Below, piece after piece: positions 28,630 to 36,586 of a stretch of DNA of 63,065 bases; position 1 is the first letter of the stretch; each line of letters begins with the position of its first letter. Origin of the DNA: Candidatus Pacebacteria bacterium CG_4_9_14_0_2_um_filter_40_15. GTDB lineage: Bacteria > Patescibacteriota > Microgenomatia > UBA1400 > PJMF01. The position numbers and the translations under genes are program-made. The notes under the pieces are model-generated. The model saw only the letters and a list, made by a program, of their open reading frames with translations, did no database searches and had not been told where the DNA came from. Location: NCBI GenBank assembly GCA_002788675.1, contig PFRS01000002.1:1-63065 (forward strand). The letters run 5' to 3'.

Positions 28630-29325
28630 CTACGAAACTGAAAGCCCATTCCGTTTTAGCCAACCTCGTTTGAGTGTATATTCTGGATCATACTTTTCTA
28701 CTAATTTCCAAAAATTTGTTGAGTGGTCCATGTAAGTTCTATGAGCAAGTTCATGGATGATGACATAGTCAATGATAGGTGGTTCAAAGTGAACTAACCG
28801 CCAGTTAAAGTTGAGATTTCCTTGAGAACTACAACTACCCCACCGAGTTTTTTGTTCTTTAAGTGAAATGGCATTATACGAAATGCCCATTTTTTTTGCG
28901 AGCAGTTGAGTTCTGGGTAGAATAAAGCTACGGGCAGTCTTTTTTAAGAACATTCTAGTATGTTGATGAAATGATTCGGTTATCTTTGCGTCTGAATCGA
29001 TGCCTGAAACGTAGGGAGCGTTGAATAAAAATTGGTTTTCTTTAATATGTATACCAATTGAGAGTGAGGCTGAGTAGATGTCTTTTCTTGTGTATGTTTT
29101 GCCAAAGACAGCAACGGTGGTGTCTGTAACTGTAAAGGCTTTTTTCGATTCAATTTTACGTTGTTGTAGCTCAATCCAGTGACTATTTGTTTGTACAAAT
29201 CGGTCAACCAAGAGTTTAGGTGTATATGGAGGTGTAGTCACTAAGACTTCACCGGTGCCTGAAACACTTATTTTAAGCGACTTTGAGCGCGAATTTTTTT
29301 TATGTGTATAAGTTATATTTGCCAT
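28630..29325 (-). CDS. YgjP-like (DUF45) M48-family metal-dependent hydrolase
   Basis: HELAHRTYMDHSTNFW motif near the C-terminus. Confidence 0.7.
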   Translation of the reverse strand: MANITYTHKKNSRSKSLKISVSGTGEVLVTTPPYTPKLLVDRFVQTNSHWIELQQRKIESKKAFTVTDTTVAVFGKTYTRKDIYSASLSIGIHIKENQFLFNAPYVSGIDSDAKITESFHQHTRMFLKKTARSFILPRTQLLAKKMGISYNAISLKEQKTRWGSCSSQGNLNFNWRLVHFEPPIIDYVIIHELAHRTYMDHSTNFWKLVEKYDPEYTLKRGWLKRNGLSVS

Positions 29326-29335
29326 GCAAGAATGA

Positions 29336-29830
29336 TTAGAACAGTATACCAACGAGTGATACAAAGTCTATCATACTTACCAGTGATTCAATTACTGTGG
29401 TTAGTGCCAAAAAGATCATTGCTAGAATGAGATCAAGTGTTGGACCAGTTTCTCGACGAACATTATGGAGACGAACAGCCAAAACTACAGAAACAACTGT
29501 GGTTATCACTAAGGTTATTGCCATGACACTGAGGTCATTTACTTCCTGACTGGTCACAATCCCTTGTGTTAGTTTTTCGTTAAGGGCTGGATTGGTTACG
29601 AGAATAAACTCGATGGAACTCCAAACACCATTCACAGCATACAATGTGAGTAATACCGTTAAGATTCTGTTCCAAATATAGAGTCCTTTTGAAAAATAAT
29701 GGACAAATTGTTGCTTATTCCGTTCAGTCTCTATTTCATGTTTAAGTTCAATCACCTCTGGGGTTTCTTGAGTTTGAAGTTGAACAGCTGCTTGTGGTTC
29801 TTGGGTGGCTAAAATCATACATCCGATCAA
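29336..29830 (-). CDS. hypothetical membrane protein
   Basis: Three predicted TM helices. No family recognised. Confidence 0.45.
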   Translation of the reverse strand: MIGCMILATQEPQAAVQLQTQETPEVIELKHEIETERNKQQFVHYFSKGLYIWNRILTVLLTLYAVNGVWSSIEFILVTNPALNEKLTQGIVTSQEVNDLSVMAITLVITTVVSVVLAVRLHNVRRETGPTLDLILAMIFLALTTVIESLVSMIDFVSLVGILF

Positions 29831-29909
29831 CTATAACAAAGATTCCTTTTAGTGTACAATATGCCTGTTCATATTGGCAGTACTTCGTATTAGAATAGCC
29901 AACAAGCAA

Positions 29910-29990
29910 GCCGAAGTGGCGGAATGGTAGACGCGCACGGTTTAGGACCGTGTAGAGTAATCTGTGGAGGTTCAAGTCCTCTCTTCGGCA
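29910..29990 (+). tRNA. tRNA-Leu (anticodon TAG)
   Basis: Manual fold: acceptor GCCGAAG/CTTCGGC, anticodon stem CACGG/CCGTG, loop TTTAGGA, long variable arm, T-arm GGAGG-TTCAAGT-CCTCT. CCA is not encoded. Confidence 0.9.
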
Positions 29991-30032
29991 CCTTTATTTT
30001 GAATATGCCATTTGGCATATTCAAAATAAAGG
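29991..30032. repeat. perfect 20-bp inverted repeat directly abutting the tRNA-Leu 3' end
   Basis: CCTTTATTTTGAATATGCCA-tt-TGGCATATTCAAAATAAAGG. Confidence 0.9.
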
Positions 30033-30129
30033 TTACATAAGCATAGAACTTTTGCCGCAGGCGAGAGTCTGCACTTCGAGTCACGAAGTGACACGAGAAA
30101 TGTATCCAGACACGAAGTAGTCTGGGATA

Positions 30130-30143
30130 CCTCTCTTCGGCAC
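30130..30143 (+). repeat. 14-nt exact copy of the tRNA-Leu(TAG) 3' end (pseudo-3'-end)
   Basis: CCTCTCTTCGGCAC matches 29978-29991 (T-stem 3' half, acceptor 3' strand, discriminator and one more base). Confidence 0.85.
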
Positions 30144-30152
30144 ATATAAAGA

Positions 30153-30177
30153 AAAAAGCGCCCTCTCGGGCGCTTTT
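30153..30177. terminator. bidirectional rho-independent terminator
   Basis: AAAAAA-GCGCCC-tctc-GGGCGC-TTTT. Confidence 0.8.
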
Positions 30178-30199
30178 GTAATACACACTTCAATTTTGA

Positions 30200-30556
30200 T
30201 TATGGGTATTGAGCTGAAATAACGTAACTGATTGTAAACATTTCTGGCTTAACGCCCAATCTTTCACAAAAATCAGCATAACTAGCAATTAGATCATATG
30301 CCCACTTTGGCATTTTCGTTACCTGATAATCATGTGGATTTTTTATTTCAACTTCAACAAAGGTCACATTGGCACCATTTTTTTTGTAGACCCGAATGCA
30401 ACCTTGATCTGTACTTTGAAATATTTGTCCACCTTGGTTCGGAACAATGCTTGGAACCTTTGTTAATTTTCTTACTGCTTCACAGTAACTTCTGAAGCTG
30501 ACATCCAAACTTTGTTTGAAGGTCACCTTTATACCATTGATATCTTGGTTCTCCAT
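30200..30556 (-). CDS. hypothetical protein (118 aa)
   Basis: The ATG at 30556 (MENQDING) is preceded by AAGGGG. No family recognised. Confidence 0.5.
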   Translation of the reverse strand: MENQDINGIKVTFKQSLDVSFRSYCEAVRKLTKVPSIVPNQGGQIFQSTDQGCIRVYKKNGANVTFVEVEIKNPHDYQVTKMPKWAYDLIASYADFCERLGVKPEMFTISYVISAQYP

Positions 30557-30654
30557 TGTTTTATAACCCCTTTTTTGAATGTGCAAGCCTGGAAATCCCA
30601 GACTTTATGACATCTATTATCCCATAATAAATAAATATTGTCAATAATTAGCCA

Positions 30655-30686
30655 CAAAAAAATCCGCCTTGAAAGCGGATTCTTTT
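30655..30686. terminator. bidirectional rho-independent terminator
   Basis: AAAAAA-AATCCGC-cttgaaa-GCGGATT-CTTTTG. The minus-strand version ends in T7. Confidence 0.75.
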
Positions 30687-30843
30687 GTCTCAGAACGTTA
30701 ATCCCGGTGAGGATAGACCTTCTGAGGTATGTGTATAGTATCAAAATATTATAAGACTGTCAATAGCAGTATTATTATATCAAAATAATCTTAAAACGGT
30801 CATTCCAATAAAAAGTTATTAAGAACCCATATACTTGGGGAAA

Positions 30844-31551
30844 CTACCGATTTTGAGCGGCGGTAGTGGCTTCAGCAGACCCTGAGCCCTCAGAGGTGAA
30901 CTCGAGAAGATAAGCATCAGTTCTCTTCTCTTTTCCCAGCACTCGGTCATCGTAGCGCATTTCAGACATCCATTGATTAACCGATCGTGCCCATGAACCA
31001 TCACTGCTGGGAGTATATTTCTTCATAATGAGTTCCGGAGTGACTCTGCCTTGATCAATATAGTAGGCTTTAAGTTCTCTAGCTGCACGTTCAAAATTGG
31101 CTTCATAATTCTCGAAACCTAATGTACCACGCTCATGTATACCAAACCCAAGACAGTTGTAAGAACCTTCGGGGATACGTTTACAGAGATTACTCTCTTG
31201 CATTGCAATGGCAGGTAGTAATCTGAAATCAATATCGTACTTATCGGCAATTTCAACAATGACTACGCCATAATAATCATACGGTTTAAGTGGAGAGTCG
31301 TATCGTTCAAGGAAGTTAGCAATAATAAGTGGTCGTGCATCTCCAGCTTCAAGGTATGTTTTAAAATCTAAATTATTTTCGTAGTTCTCTTTTTCGTCTA
31401 AAGATGTTTCAACTACAGTAATGCCATTCAGTTCGCTACTAAATGAAAAAAGCTCTGGATTAAGCGAATAAAAGTGCCAGCCAGCAATAATAGTTAATAT
31501 GCTACCAGTGGCTAGAAATATCCAGGAAAACGCGTAAAATAATGACTTCAT
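30844..31551 (-). CDS. membrane-anchored lytic-transglycosylase-like protein
   Basis: N-terminal TM helix. LLPAIAMQESNLC resembles the SLT catalytic Glu-Ser motif. Confidence 0.5.
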   Translation of the reverse strand: MKSLFYAFSWIFLATGSILTIIAGWHFYSLNPELFSFSSELNGITVVETSLDEKENYENNLDFKTYLEAGDARPLIIANFLERYDSPLKPYDYYGVVIVEIADKYDIDFRLLPAIAMQESNLCKRIPEGSYNCLGFGIHERGTLGFENYEANFERAARELKAYYIDQGRVTPELIMKKYTPSSDGSWARSVNQWMSEMRYDDRVLGKEKRTDAYLLEFTSEGSGSAEATTAAQNR

Positions 31552-31650
31552 AAAGATTTAGGTGTTCACTCTTCTTTCGTATTCTTTGGTAGTATACCAG
31601 GTGAATGAGTCTAGACAAATACACATGTTTTTGATATCCTATAACGTAGA

Positions 31651-32682
31651 ATGACACAACTAAGATTACTCCAACCAGTCGTTTGCTTTTTACTTCTCTG
31701 TTTGACTTTTTTTGTTCCTACCCCTGCTGAGGCAATTACCTCAATTCCGGCTGGCATTCACATACTATCCATTAATGAAGTTGCAAAAGCTGGAGAACTT
31801 ACTGAGGTTGCTGAGTCTGATACTTGGAGATATGTGACGGTTCCTTTTACTCTTGCTGATATATCGAAAAAAGAAGAGTGGCAACTTTTCTTTGATACTG
31901 CCAAGGAGCAACACTTGATTCCTCTAGTTCGCTTAACTACTTCGTTTTCGGATACGTCTTGGCAAGTGCCCACAAAGAAAAATATTGTTGAGATGATCAC
32001 CGTTTTGTCAGCTCTAGATTGGCCAACAGATCAACGTCACATTATTGTGTTTAACGAGGTTAATCATGCCAAAGAATGGGGAGGCAGGGTTAATCCTGAA
32101 GAATATGTCGATCTTTTTACCTTTACAGCCCAGTGGGCTCACACAGAAGATAAAAACTATATCGTTTTGCCAGCGGCACTTGATTTAGCAGCTCCAAATG
32201 GCAGTGCTACTATGGAAGCTTTCACCTATTTAGAAAAAATGTATGAACTTGATTCAAACGTGTTTGCTCATGCTGATGCATGGAACTCTCACTCGTATCC
32301 AAATCCAGGGTTTTCTTCGTCTCCAGAACGTATTGGGAAGAATTCATTACGTGGTTTTCAAGTTGAACTTGCATGGCTAAAAGAAAAGACTGACAAAGAC
32401 TATTTAGTTTACATTACAGAAACTGGATGGGATGTTTCAGGTAGATTGAGTAGATGGATGCCTTCGTACTATGAGTATGCTGTGCAACATATCTGGAGTG
32501 ACCCTTCTGTTGTGGCGGTGACCCCATTTTTACTCCAAGGAGCTCCTGGACCTTTTGAAGGCTTTAGTTTTATTGATGAGGGTGGTAAACCGACATCACA
32601 ATATATTTCATATAAAAATGCATTGAAAAAACAATATTCAGATATCGACTTACTCAGTGCGAAAATAGACATAATTGAGTAA
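31651..32682 (+). CDS. secreted clan GH-A-like glycoside hydrolase (TIM barrel)
   Basis: Signal peptide. VFNEVNH (acid/base Glu) and YITETGWD (nucleophile Glu) at the expected spacing. Confidence 0.6.
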   Translation: MTQLRLLQPVVCFLLLCLTFFVPTPAEAITSIPAGIHILSINEVAKAGELTEVAESDTWRYVTVPFTLADISKKEEWQLFFDTAKEQHLIPLVRLTTSFSDTSWQVPTKKNIVEMITVLSALDWPTDQRHIIVFNEVNHAKEWGGRVNPEEYVDLFTFTAQWAHTEDKNYIVLPAALDLAAPNGSATMEAFTYLEKMYELDSNVFAHADAWNSHSYPNPGFSSSPERIGKNSLRGFQVELAWLKEKTDKDYLVYITETGWDVSGRLSRWMPSYYEYAVQHIWSDPSVVAVTPFLLQGAPGPFEGFSFIDEGGKPTSQYISYKNALKKQYSDIDLLSAKIDIIE

Positions 32683-32707
32683 ATAGTTTACACACATTGA
32701 CATTAGT

Positions 32708-33553
32708 GTGAAAAAATCATATAGTGACGCTACTATGGGAAAACAACGACTCACTATTACTCTTTCCGAAACAATTTTAAAGAAGGTTGATAAGTATATT
32801 GACGGTGTGCAAATTCGCAATCGTTCTCATGCTATTGAAAGTTTATTGGAAAATAGTTTGTCACCCTCAATTGACACAGCTGTGATTTTGGCTGGCGGTA
32901 ATAAAGTTAGTAATGACATTCCGGCATTACGCAAAATTGGTGATAGACCCGTGTTAGCGATTACCCTTGATAAGCTCCGCGAAGCTGGTATAGATAGAGT
33001 GATTATTTGTGCAGGTGCCGTTACCGCAACTATTCAATCAGAGTTTGGAGATGGCAGCTCATATGGTCTTTCAGTTGTATATGCAGATGAACCTAAAGAA
33101 CTGGGTACTGCAGGAGCACTTAAACTTGCTGAAAGCTACTTATCTGAAGATCCATTTTTAGTAATCCATGCAGATGTACTCAGTGATCTTGATTTAGGAG
33201 ATTTATTTGAATTTCACCTACAAGAACATGCAGAAGCAACAATTGCAGTAAAGCCTGCTATGGGAACAAAAGAGCTCGGTCATGTACATCTGAGCGGCAA
33301 TCGCATTGACGCTTTCTTAGATTCTAGTGAGCAGCGCGGTATTAGTATTATTAATACTGGTATCTATATTTTAAATCCTGAAGTTTTATTACTGATAAAA
33401 CCACACACAAAACTCTTTTTGGAGCACGATATTTTCCCTAAGCTTGCTAAGCAAGGCGAATTGAGTGCCTTTGTTTTTCAAGGAAATTGGTTTGATGTTA
33501 CCAAAGATGAGCGCTTACATGAAGCTGCTGAAGCCTGGAATTCAGGTAGATAA
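32708..33553 (+). CDS. ribbon-helix-helix (CopG-like) domain fused to a nucleotidyltransferase-fold domain
   Basis: N-terminus RLTITLSETILKKVDKYI ... RNRSHAIESLL (RHH), then AVILAGGNKVS ... DRVIICAG. The start may be the ATG at 32735. Confidence 0.6.
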   Translation: MKKSYSDATMGKQRLTITLSETILKKVDKYIDGVQIRNRSHAIESLLENSLSPSIDTAVILAGGNKVSNDIPALRKIGDRPVLAITLDKLREAGIDRVIICAGAVTATIQSEFGDGSSYGLSVVYADEPKELGTAGALKLAESYLSEDPFLVIHADVLSDLDLGDLFEFHLQEHAEATIAVKPAMGTKELGHVHLSGNRIDAFLDSSEQRGISIINTGIYILNPEVLLLIKPHTKLFLEHDIFPKLAKQGELSAFVFQGNWFDVTKDERLHEAAEAWNSGR

Positions 33554-33646
33554 TTGGTTTTTATTGATTGGCAAACGAAATAATTTTTTTGTGATATACT
33601 TCCTTAATTTAATTACTATAACCTTAAAAGGTATAGAAAGGTTGAT

Positions 33647-33814
33647 ATGTCTGGAAAAGAACGAGTGAGAGCTGCTCGCATAGATGCTTTTGGATTACTG
33701 ATTTCTCAAGAAATTATAGCAAATTTGGCAGGCAAAAAGGAAAAGAAAGAAGTTAAGCTTCCTGCGCAAGGTGTTCAGAGTAGCACCCCCACTACCACAA
33801 AAAATGAACGATAG
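33647..33814 (+). CDS. possible small protein (55 aa)
   Basis: ATG preceded by GAAAGG. Not in the ORF track (below 60 aa). Lys/Thr-rich, no family recognised. Confidence 0.25.
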   Translation: MSGKERVRAARIDAFGLLISQEIIANLAGKKEKKEVKLPAQGVQSSTPTTTKNER

Positions 33815-33827
33815 ATTTTTTAAATAA

Positions 33828-34082
33828 TTACTTTTTTAAGATCATTTCCATATCAAATGCAATTCGCTGATGTTGCTCTTTGGCATAGTGAATTGCGTCT
33901 TCAACTCCTTTATTATAAAGCGAGTTTCCAATCCGATCTAAAAACATATCAAGAATGTCTTCAGCTGCAATAAGGCCAATTTCATCATCCATCTCGGTAG
34001 AAAAGAAGTTAATAATTTCTCTGGTTGCAGCTGAACGCTGGTGTTCGCTAAGCAGACTTAGTTTTGGATTTTTATTTTTCAT
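33828..34082 (-). CDS. DUF2164-like small protein
   Basis: REIINFFSTEMDDEIGLIAAEDILDMFLDRIGNSLYNKGVEDA matches the DUF2164 pattern. The ATG at 34082 is the likely start. Confidence 0.5.
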   Translation of the reverse strand: MKNKNPKLSLLSEHQRSAATREIINFFSTEMDDEIGLIAAEDILDMFLDRIGNSLYNKGVEDAIHYAKEQHQRIAFDMEMILKK

Positions 34083-34124
34083 AAGTAATAGTATACAAAA
34101 AAACACGCTGATGCGTGTCTTTTA

Positions 34125-34147
34125 TTTTATGAGCGGGAAACGGGGCT
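34125..34147 (-). repeat. exact 23-nt copy of the tRNA-Gly 3' end plus trailer (pseudo-3'-end 2)
   Basis: TTTTATGAGCGGGAAACGGGGCT is identical to 34385-34407. Confidence 0.9.
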
Positions 34148-34222
34148 TACCCTCGTCAGGCTCAAACTATAAATACTGTGAGAATTCGCTTGATCGGGCA
34201 CAAGCCGCCCCTTTTTATATAA

Positions 34223-34241
34223 ATGAGCACGAAACGGGGCT
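34223..34241 (-). repeat. degenerate copy (17/19) of the tRNA-Gly 3' end (pseudo-3'-end 1)
   Basis: ATGAGCACGAAACGGGGCT versus ATGAGCGGGAAACGGGGCT at 34389-34407. Confidence 0.8.
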
Positions 34242-34291
34242 TACGACTCGCTGCTATCTGTACCTACTTAGGGAAGCTCACATGCACTAGG
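34241..34291 (-). repeat. 51-nt conserved module shared with the tRNA-Gln locus
   Basis: Ungapped alignment to 54935-54985 gives 44/51 identities, including GGAAGCTCACATGCACTA. Confidence 0.85.
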
Positions 34292-34391
34292 GTGACTCGC
34301 ACAGTGTGCTCGTGTGCCCGTCGCGAACCATGTGATCTAGCTCAATGGCTCCAGTCATAAAAAAAACACACCGTAGTGTGCATTTTTTATG

Positions 34392-34464
34392 AGCGGGAAA
34401 CGGGGCTCGAACCCGCGACCTTCTCCTTGGCAAGGAGACACTCTAGCCACTGAGCTATTCCCGC
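34392..34464 (-). tRNA. tRNA-Gly (anticodon GCC)
   Basis: Manual fold: acceptor GCGGGAA/TTCCCGC, anticodon stem TCTCC/GGAGA, loop TTGCCAA, T-arm GCGGG-TTCGAGC-CCCGT. Confidence 0.9.
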
Positions 34465-34537
34465 GCGTGTAACATCCTGGATTATACTATCTCATTCCTG
34501 TCTTGTGAATACTGGTTTAAGGTCGTATCATTGATGT

Positions 34538-34687
34538 ATGACAACATTTAACACTCAAGATAGAAATCGTATGGTTGGAAAAGCTACCGATTCTGGGTTA
34601 AAGTTTTTTTTCAAATGGTTTGGTATTGCTATTGTTGGGTTAGTTAACGCAATTAAGATGCTTGTTTCTTCTGCTGTTGGAAAGTAG
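34538..34687 (+). CDS. possible 49-aa single-TM peptide
   Basis: ATG..TAG ORF MTTFNTQDRNRMVGKATDSGLKFFFKWFGIAIVGLVNAIKMLVSSAVGK. No SD and no family recognised. Confidence 0.2.
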   Translation: MTTFNTQDRNRMVGKATDSGLKFFFKWFGIAIVGLVNAIKMLVSSAVGK

Positions 34688-34910
34688 TTTTTATCCAAGA
34701 TAATTTAGGTAACCACATAGGCATAAATAGTATATTCAAGGTGTTAATATTTAGAATTTCTCTAAATAAAATTAAATAAAGTGTTATTCCAATTATGAAC
34801 ACAGGAATATAATTTTTGGATATCAAGCTAACAAATTTTTTTGAAGGCACAACATTACAATTTGAACTTTCAGTCTGTTTTTTTGGGGGGATAATTAGAA
34901 TTTTTTGCAT
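34653..34910 (-). CDS. possible small membrane protein (85 aa)
   Basis: ORF track entry with one clear TM helix. Very AT-rich, no family recognised. Confidence 0.3.
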   Translation of the reverse strand: MQKILIIPPKKQTESSNCNVVPSKKFVSLISKNYIPVFIIGITLYLILFREILNINTLNILFMPMWLPKLSWIKTTFQQQKKQAS

Positions 34911-35054
34911 TGCTATTTAATCTGCTTTCCGCAGACTTTGTTCACAACGCTGACTCCCACTATACTAAAGTCATATTACCCTGTCAACCTACTTGATTTA
35001 GTCTAGTAAACGAGGAGTACTTAAGATTGAAAAAGTAATATTTTGAATGGAAAG

Positions 35055-35127
35055 TGCCAAGCTGAGGAGTCGAACCTCAATCTCATGTTTTTCAGACATG
35101 CGCCGTGACCACCTTGGCTAGCTTGGC
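35055..35127 (-). tRNA. tRNA-Phe (anticodon GAA)
   Basis: Manual fold: acceptor GCCAAGC/GCTTGGC, anticodon stem CATGT/ACATG, loop CTGAAAA, T-arm TGAGG-TTCGACT-CCTCA. Confidence 0.85.
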
Positions 35128-35146
35128 TCGATTAAAACGAGTACTG

Positions 35147-35219
35147 TGGAATGTAAGGGACTCGAACCCCTGACCCTTCGGATGTAAGCCGAATGCTCTA
35201 CCAACTGAGCTAACATTCC
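35147..35219 (-). tRNA. tRNA-Val (anticodon TAC)
   Basis: Manual fold: acceptor GGAATGT/ACATTCC, anticodon stem TTCGG/CCGAA, loop CTTACAT. Confidence 0.88.
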
Positions 35220-35259
35220 TTTTTTTAATTTTGTTTGCAACTTTTTATTACAAACTTTG

Positions 35260-35340
35260 TGCCCAGGAGAGGAGTTGAACCTCCACACCTTTCGGCATAC
35301 GCACCTCAAGCGTACGTGTATACCATTTCACCACCTGGGC
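35260..35340 (-). tRNA. tRNA-Leu (anticodon GAG)
   Basis: Manual fold: acceptor GCCCAGG/CCTGGGC, anticodon stem TACGC/GCGTA, loop TTGAGGT, long variable arm. Confidence 0.85.
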
Positions 35341-35440
35341 ATGTAAAGAGCAAGAATCGTAGTCAATACGACTCAAGGCATACATTATAAAATACAATTG
35401 CCTTTTTCGGAAGTGCAATTTCTTTCATGCTCGGTAGTTG

Positions 35441-35524
35441 TGCCAGAGGAGGGAGTCGAACCCTCACGCCCGTAATGGACACTAGTTCCTGAAACTAGCC
35501 TGTCTACCATTCCAGCACTCTGGC
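35441..35524 (-). tRNA. tRNA-Leu (anticodon CAG)
   Basis: Manual fold: acceptor GCCAGAG/CTCTGGC, anticodon stem CTAGT/ACTAG, loop TTCAGGA, long variable arm. Confidence 0.85.
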
Positions 35525-35593
35525 ATCTTGTGGGACACTAACATCTTGTATTGTATCTTTTTTTTAGTATTTTGCCAGGTAGAGGCGAAGGTA

Positions 35594-36286
35594 TTATCGT
35601 TTAATTGAGTGACTAAACTTTTGGTAAAACGCTTCAATAATAATATCTCGAGCTTGATCAAATTGAAAGTATGTTGTATTTATTGTTAAATCGTATGAAT
35701 TAACCTTCTTTGGATCTTTCTTAAAGTATTGTTTAACGAACTCTGTTCGCTCCTTTTCGACCTTTGCAATGATTTCTTTAGCCTTTGCAAGATTATGCCC
35801 TTCATAGTCGATAGCACGTTGTACACGGACTTTGTATGGAGCTGTGACGTTAACATGCAGACCTTTTGCAAAAGGAGTAATAAAATTGGCTCCTCTACCA
35901 AGGATAACGCAGTTTCCTTGGTATGCATACGCAAGGATAACTTTTATAAGTTCAGTTACATATGCGGCATCGTCAATATACTCTAGGTTTAGCACTGAGT
36001 GAACGATATCTTCAATTTTTGAACGATTTTTTTCGTCAATTGCTTGAATAATTGCTTTTCTTCGTTTTGTTGAAGAAGCAATTTGTTCAATAATCTGTTC
36101 GTCAACTAATTCAAATCCCAATTTTTGTGCAACTGCTTCAGCTATAGGAGCCCCGCCACTACCAGGTTCACGAGCAATGGTAATGAATGGTTTTGTGAAG
36201 GAGTTCTCGGGAAGAATGACTACATCCTCTTTTAAACGAAAGAATGTAAGTGCTTTATTGATGAAGGGGTAATAACGTGTGTCCAT
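35594..36286 (-). CDS. cytidylate-kinase-like family protein
   Basis: ITIAREPGSGGAPIAEAVAQKLGF P-loop region. The ATG at 36286 (MDTRYYP) is the likely start; the longer track ORF runs antisense through tRNA-Arg. Confidence 0.6.
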   Translation of the reverse strand: MDTRYYPFINKALTFFRLKEDVVILPENSFTKPFITIAREPGSGGAPIAEAVAQKLGFELVDEQIIEQIASSTKRRKAIIQAIDEKNRSKIEDIVHSVLNLEYIDDAAYVTELIKVILAYAYQGNCVILGRGANFITPFAKGLHVNVTAPYKVRVQRAIDYEGHNLAKAKEIIAKVEKERTEFVKQYFKKDPKKVNSYDLTINTTYFQFDQARDIIIEAFYQKFSHSIKR

Positions 36287-36406
36287 ACGTATTATATAAC
36301 CATAAATAGCGCAAATGTCTATGAGGAGTTCGGTACTGTTTCGGAGCTTGTTACAGGTGGTATAATAGCGGTTGCGAGTGAAAAATTCGCATATTCTTAC
36401 AGAGCT

Positions 36407-36480
36407 GCGCCAGTAGCTCAGCGGATTAGAGCACCGGTCTTCGGAACCGGGTGTCGGGGGTTCGAATCCCTCCTGGCGCA
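36407..36480 (+). tRNA. tRNA-Arg (anticodon TCG)
   Basis: Manual fold: acceptor GCGCCAG/CTGGCGC, anticodon stem CCGGT/ACCGG, loop CTTCGGA, T-arm GGGGG-TTCGAAT-CCCTC. Confidence 0.9.
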
Positions 36481-36485
36481 CAAAT

Positions 36486-36512
36486 AAAAAACTAGCTTAT
36501 GCTAGTTTTTTT
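36486..36512 (+). terminator. rho-independent terminator after tRNA-Arg
   Basis: AAAAA-AACTAGC-ttat-GCTAGTT-TTTTT. Confidence 0.7.
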
Positions 36513-36542
36513 ATTTGTTGGGTCGGTGAGTTATTTGAAAGT

Positions 36543-36586
36543 GTTCGCACCAGCAAGAAGTGAGCACCTGCGAACTTCCTGCTTAG
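36543..36586 (+). repeat. 44-nt conserved module shared with the tRNA-Gln locus
   Basis: GTTCGCACCAGCAAGAAGTGAGCACCTGCGAACTTCCTGCTTAG matches the reverse complement of 54981-55024 at 41/44. It has the same orientation and nearly the same distance from the tRNA terminator (35 versus 34 nt). Confidence 0.85.

Noticed and set aside
29890-30193. 98-aa and 73-aa minus-strand ORFs
   Set aside because: They overlap tRNA-Leu(TAG) antisense, the 20-bp palindrome and the terminator. They are artefacts of a stop-poor non-coding stretch.
33955-34290. 111-aa plus-strand ORF
   Set aside because: It runs antisense through the DUF2164 gene and across both tRNA-Gly pseudo-3'-ends. It has no SD or family signal.
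34911-35054. Possible degenerate tRNA-Phe pseudo-3'-end and AAGTAGGT motif downstream of the four-tRNA cluster
   Set aside because: The resemblance (TCAGCGTTGTGAAC versus TCAGCTTGGCAC) needs indels and is too weak to call by eye. It is left out of the repeat family.
35118-35309. 63-aa minus-strand ORF
   Set aside because: It lies entirely within the tRNA-Phe/Val/Leu gene cluster.
35401-35425. TTTTCGGAAGTGC between two tRNA-Leu genes, resembling the left arm of the uvrA palindrome (TTTTCGGAAATGC)
   Set aside because: There is no matching right arm, so the 12-13-nt similarity could be chance in an AT-rich genome or a promoter-proximal motif. It is not enough for an operator call.
36287-36481. 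N-terminal 65-codon extension of the cytidylate-kinase-like ORF
   Set aside because: The extension is antisense to tRNA-Arg(TCG) (MRQEGFEPPTPG is a translated T-arm). The internal ATG at 36286 gives a normal-length protein.
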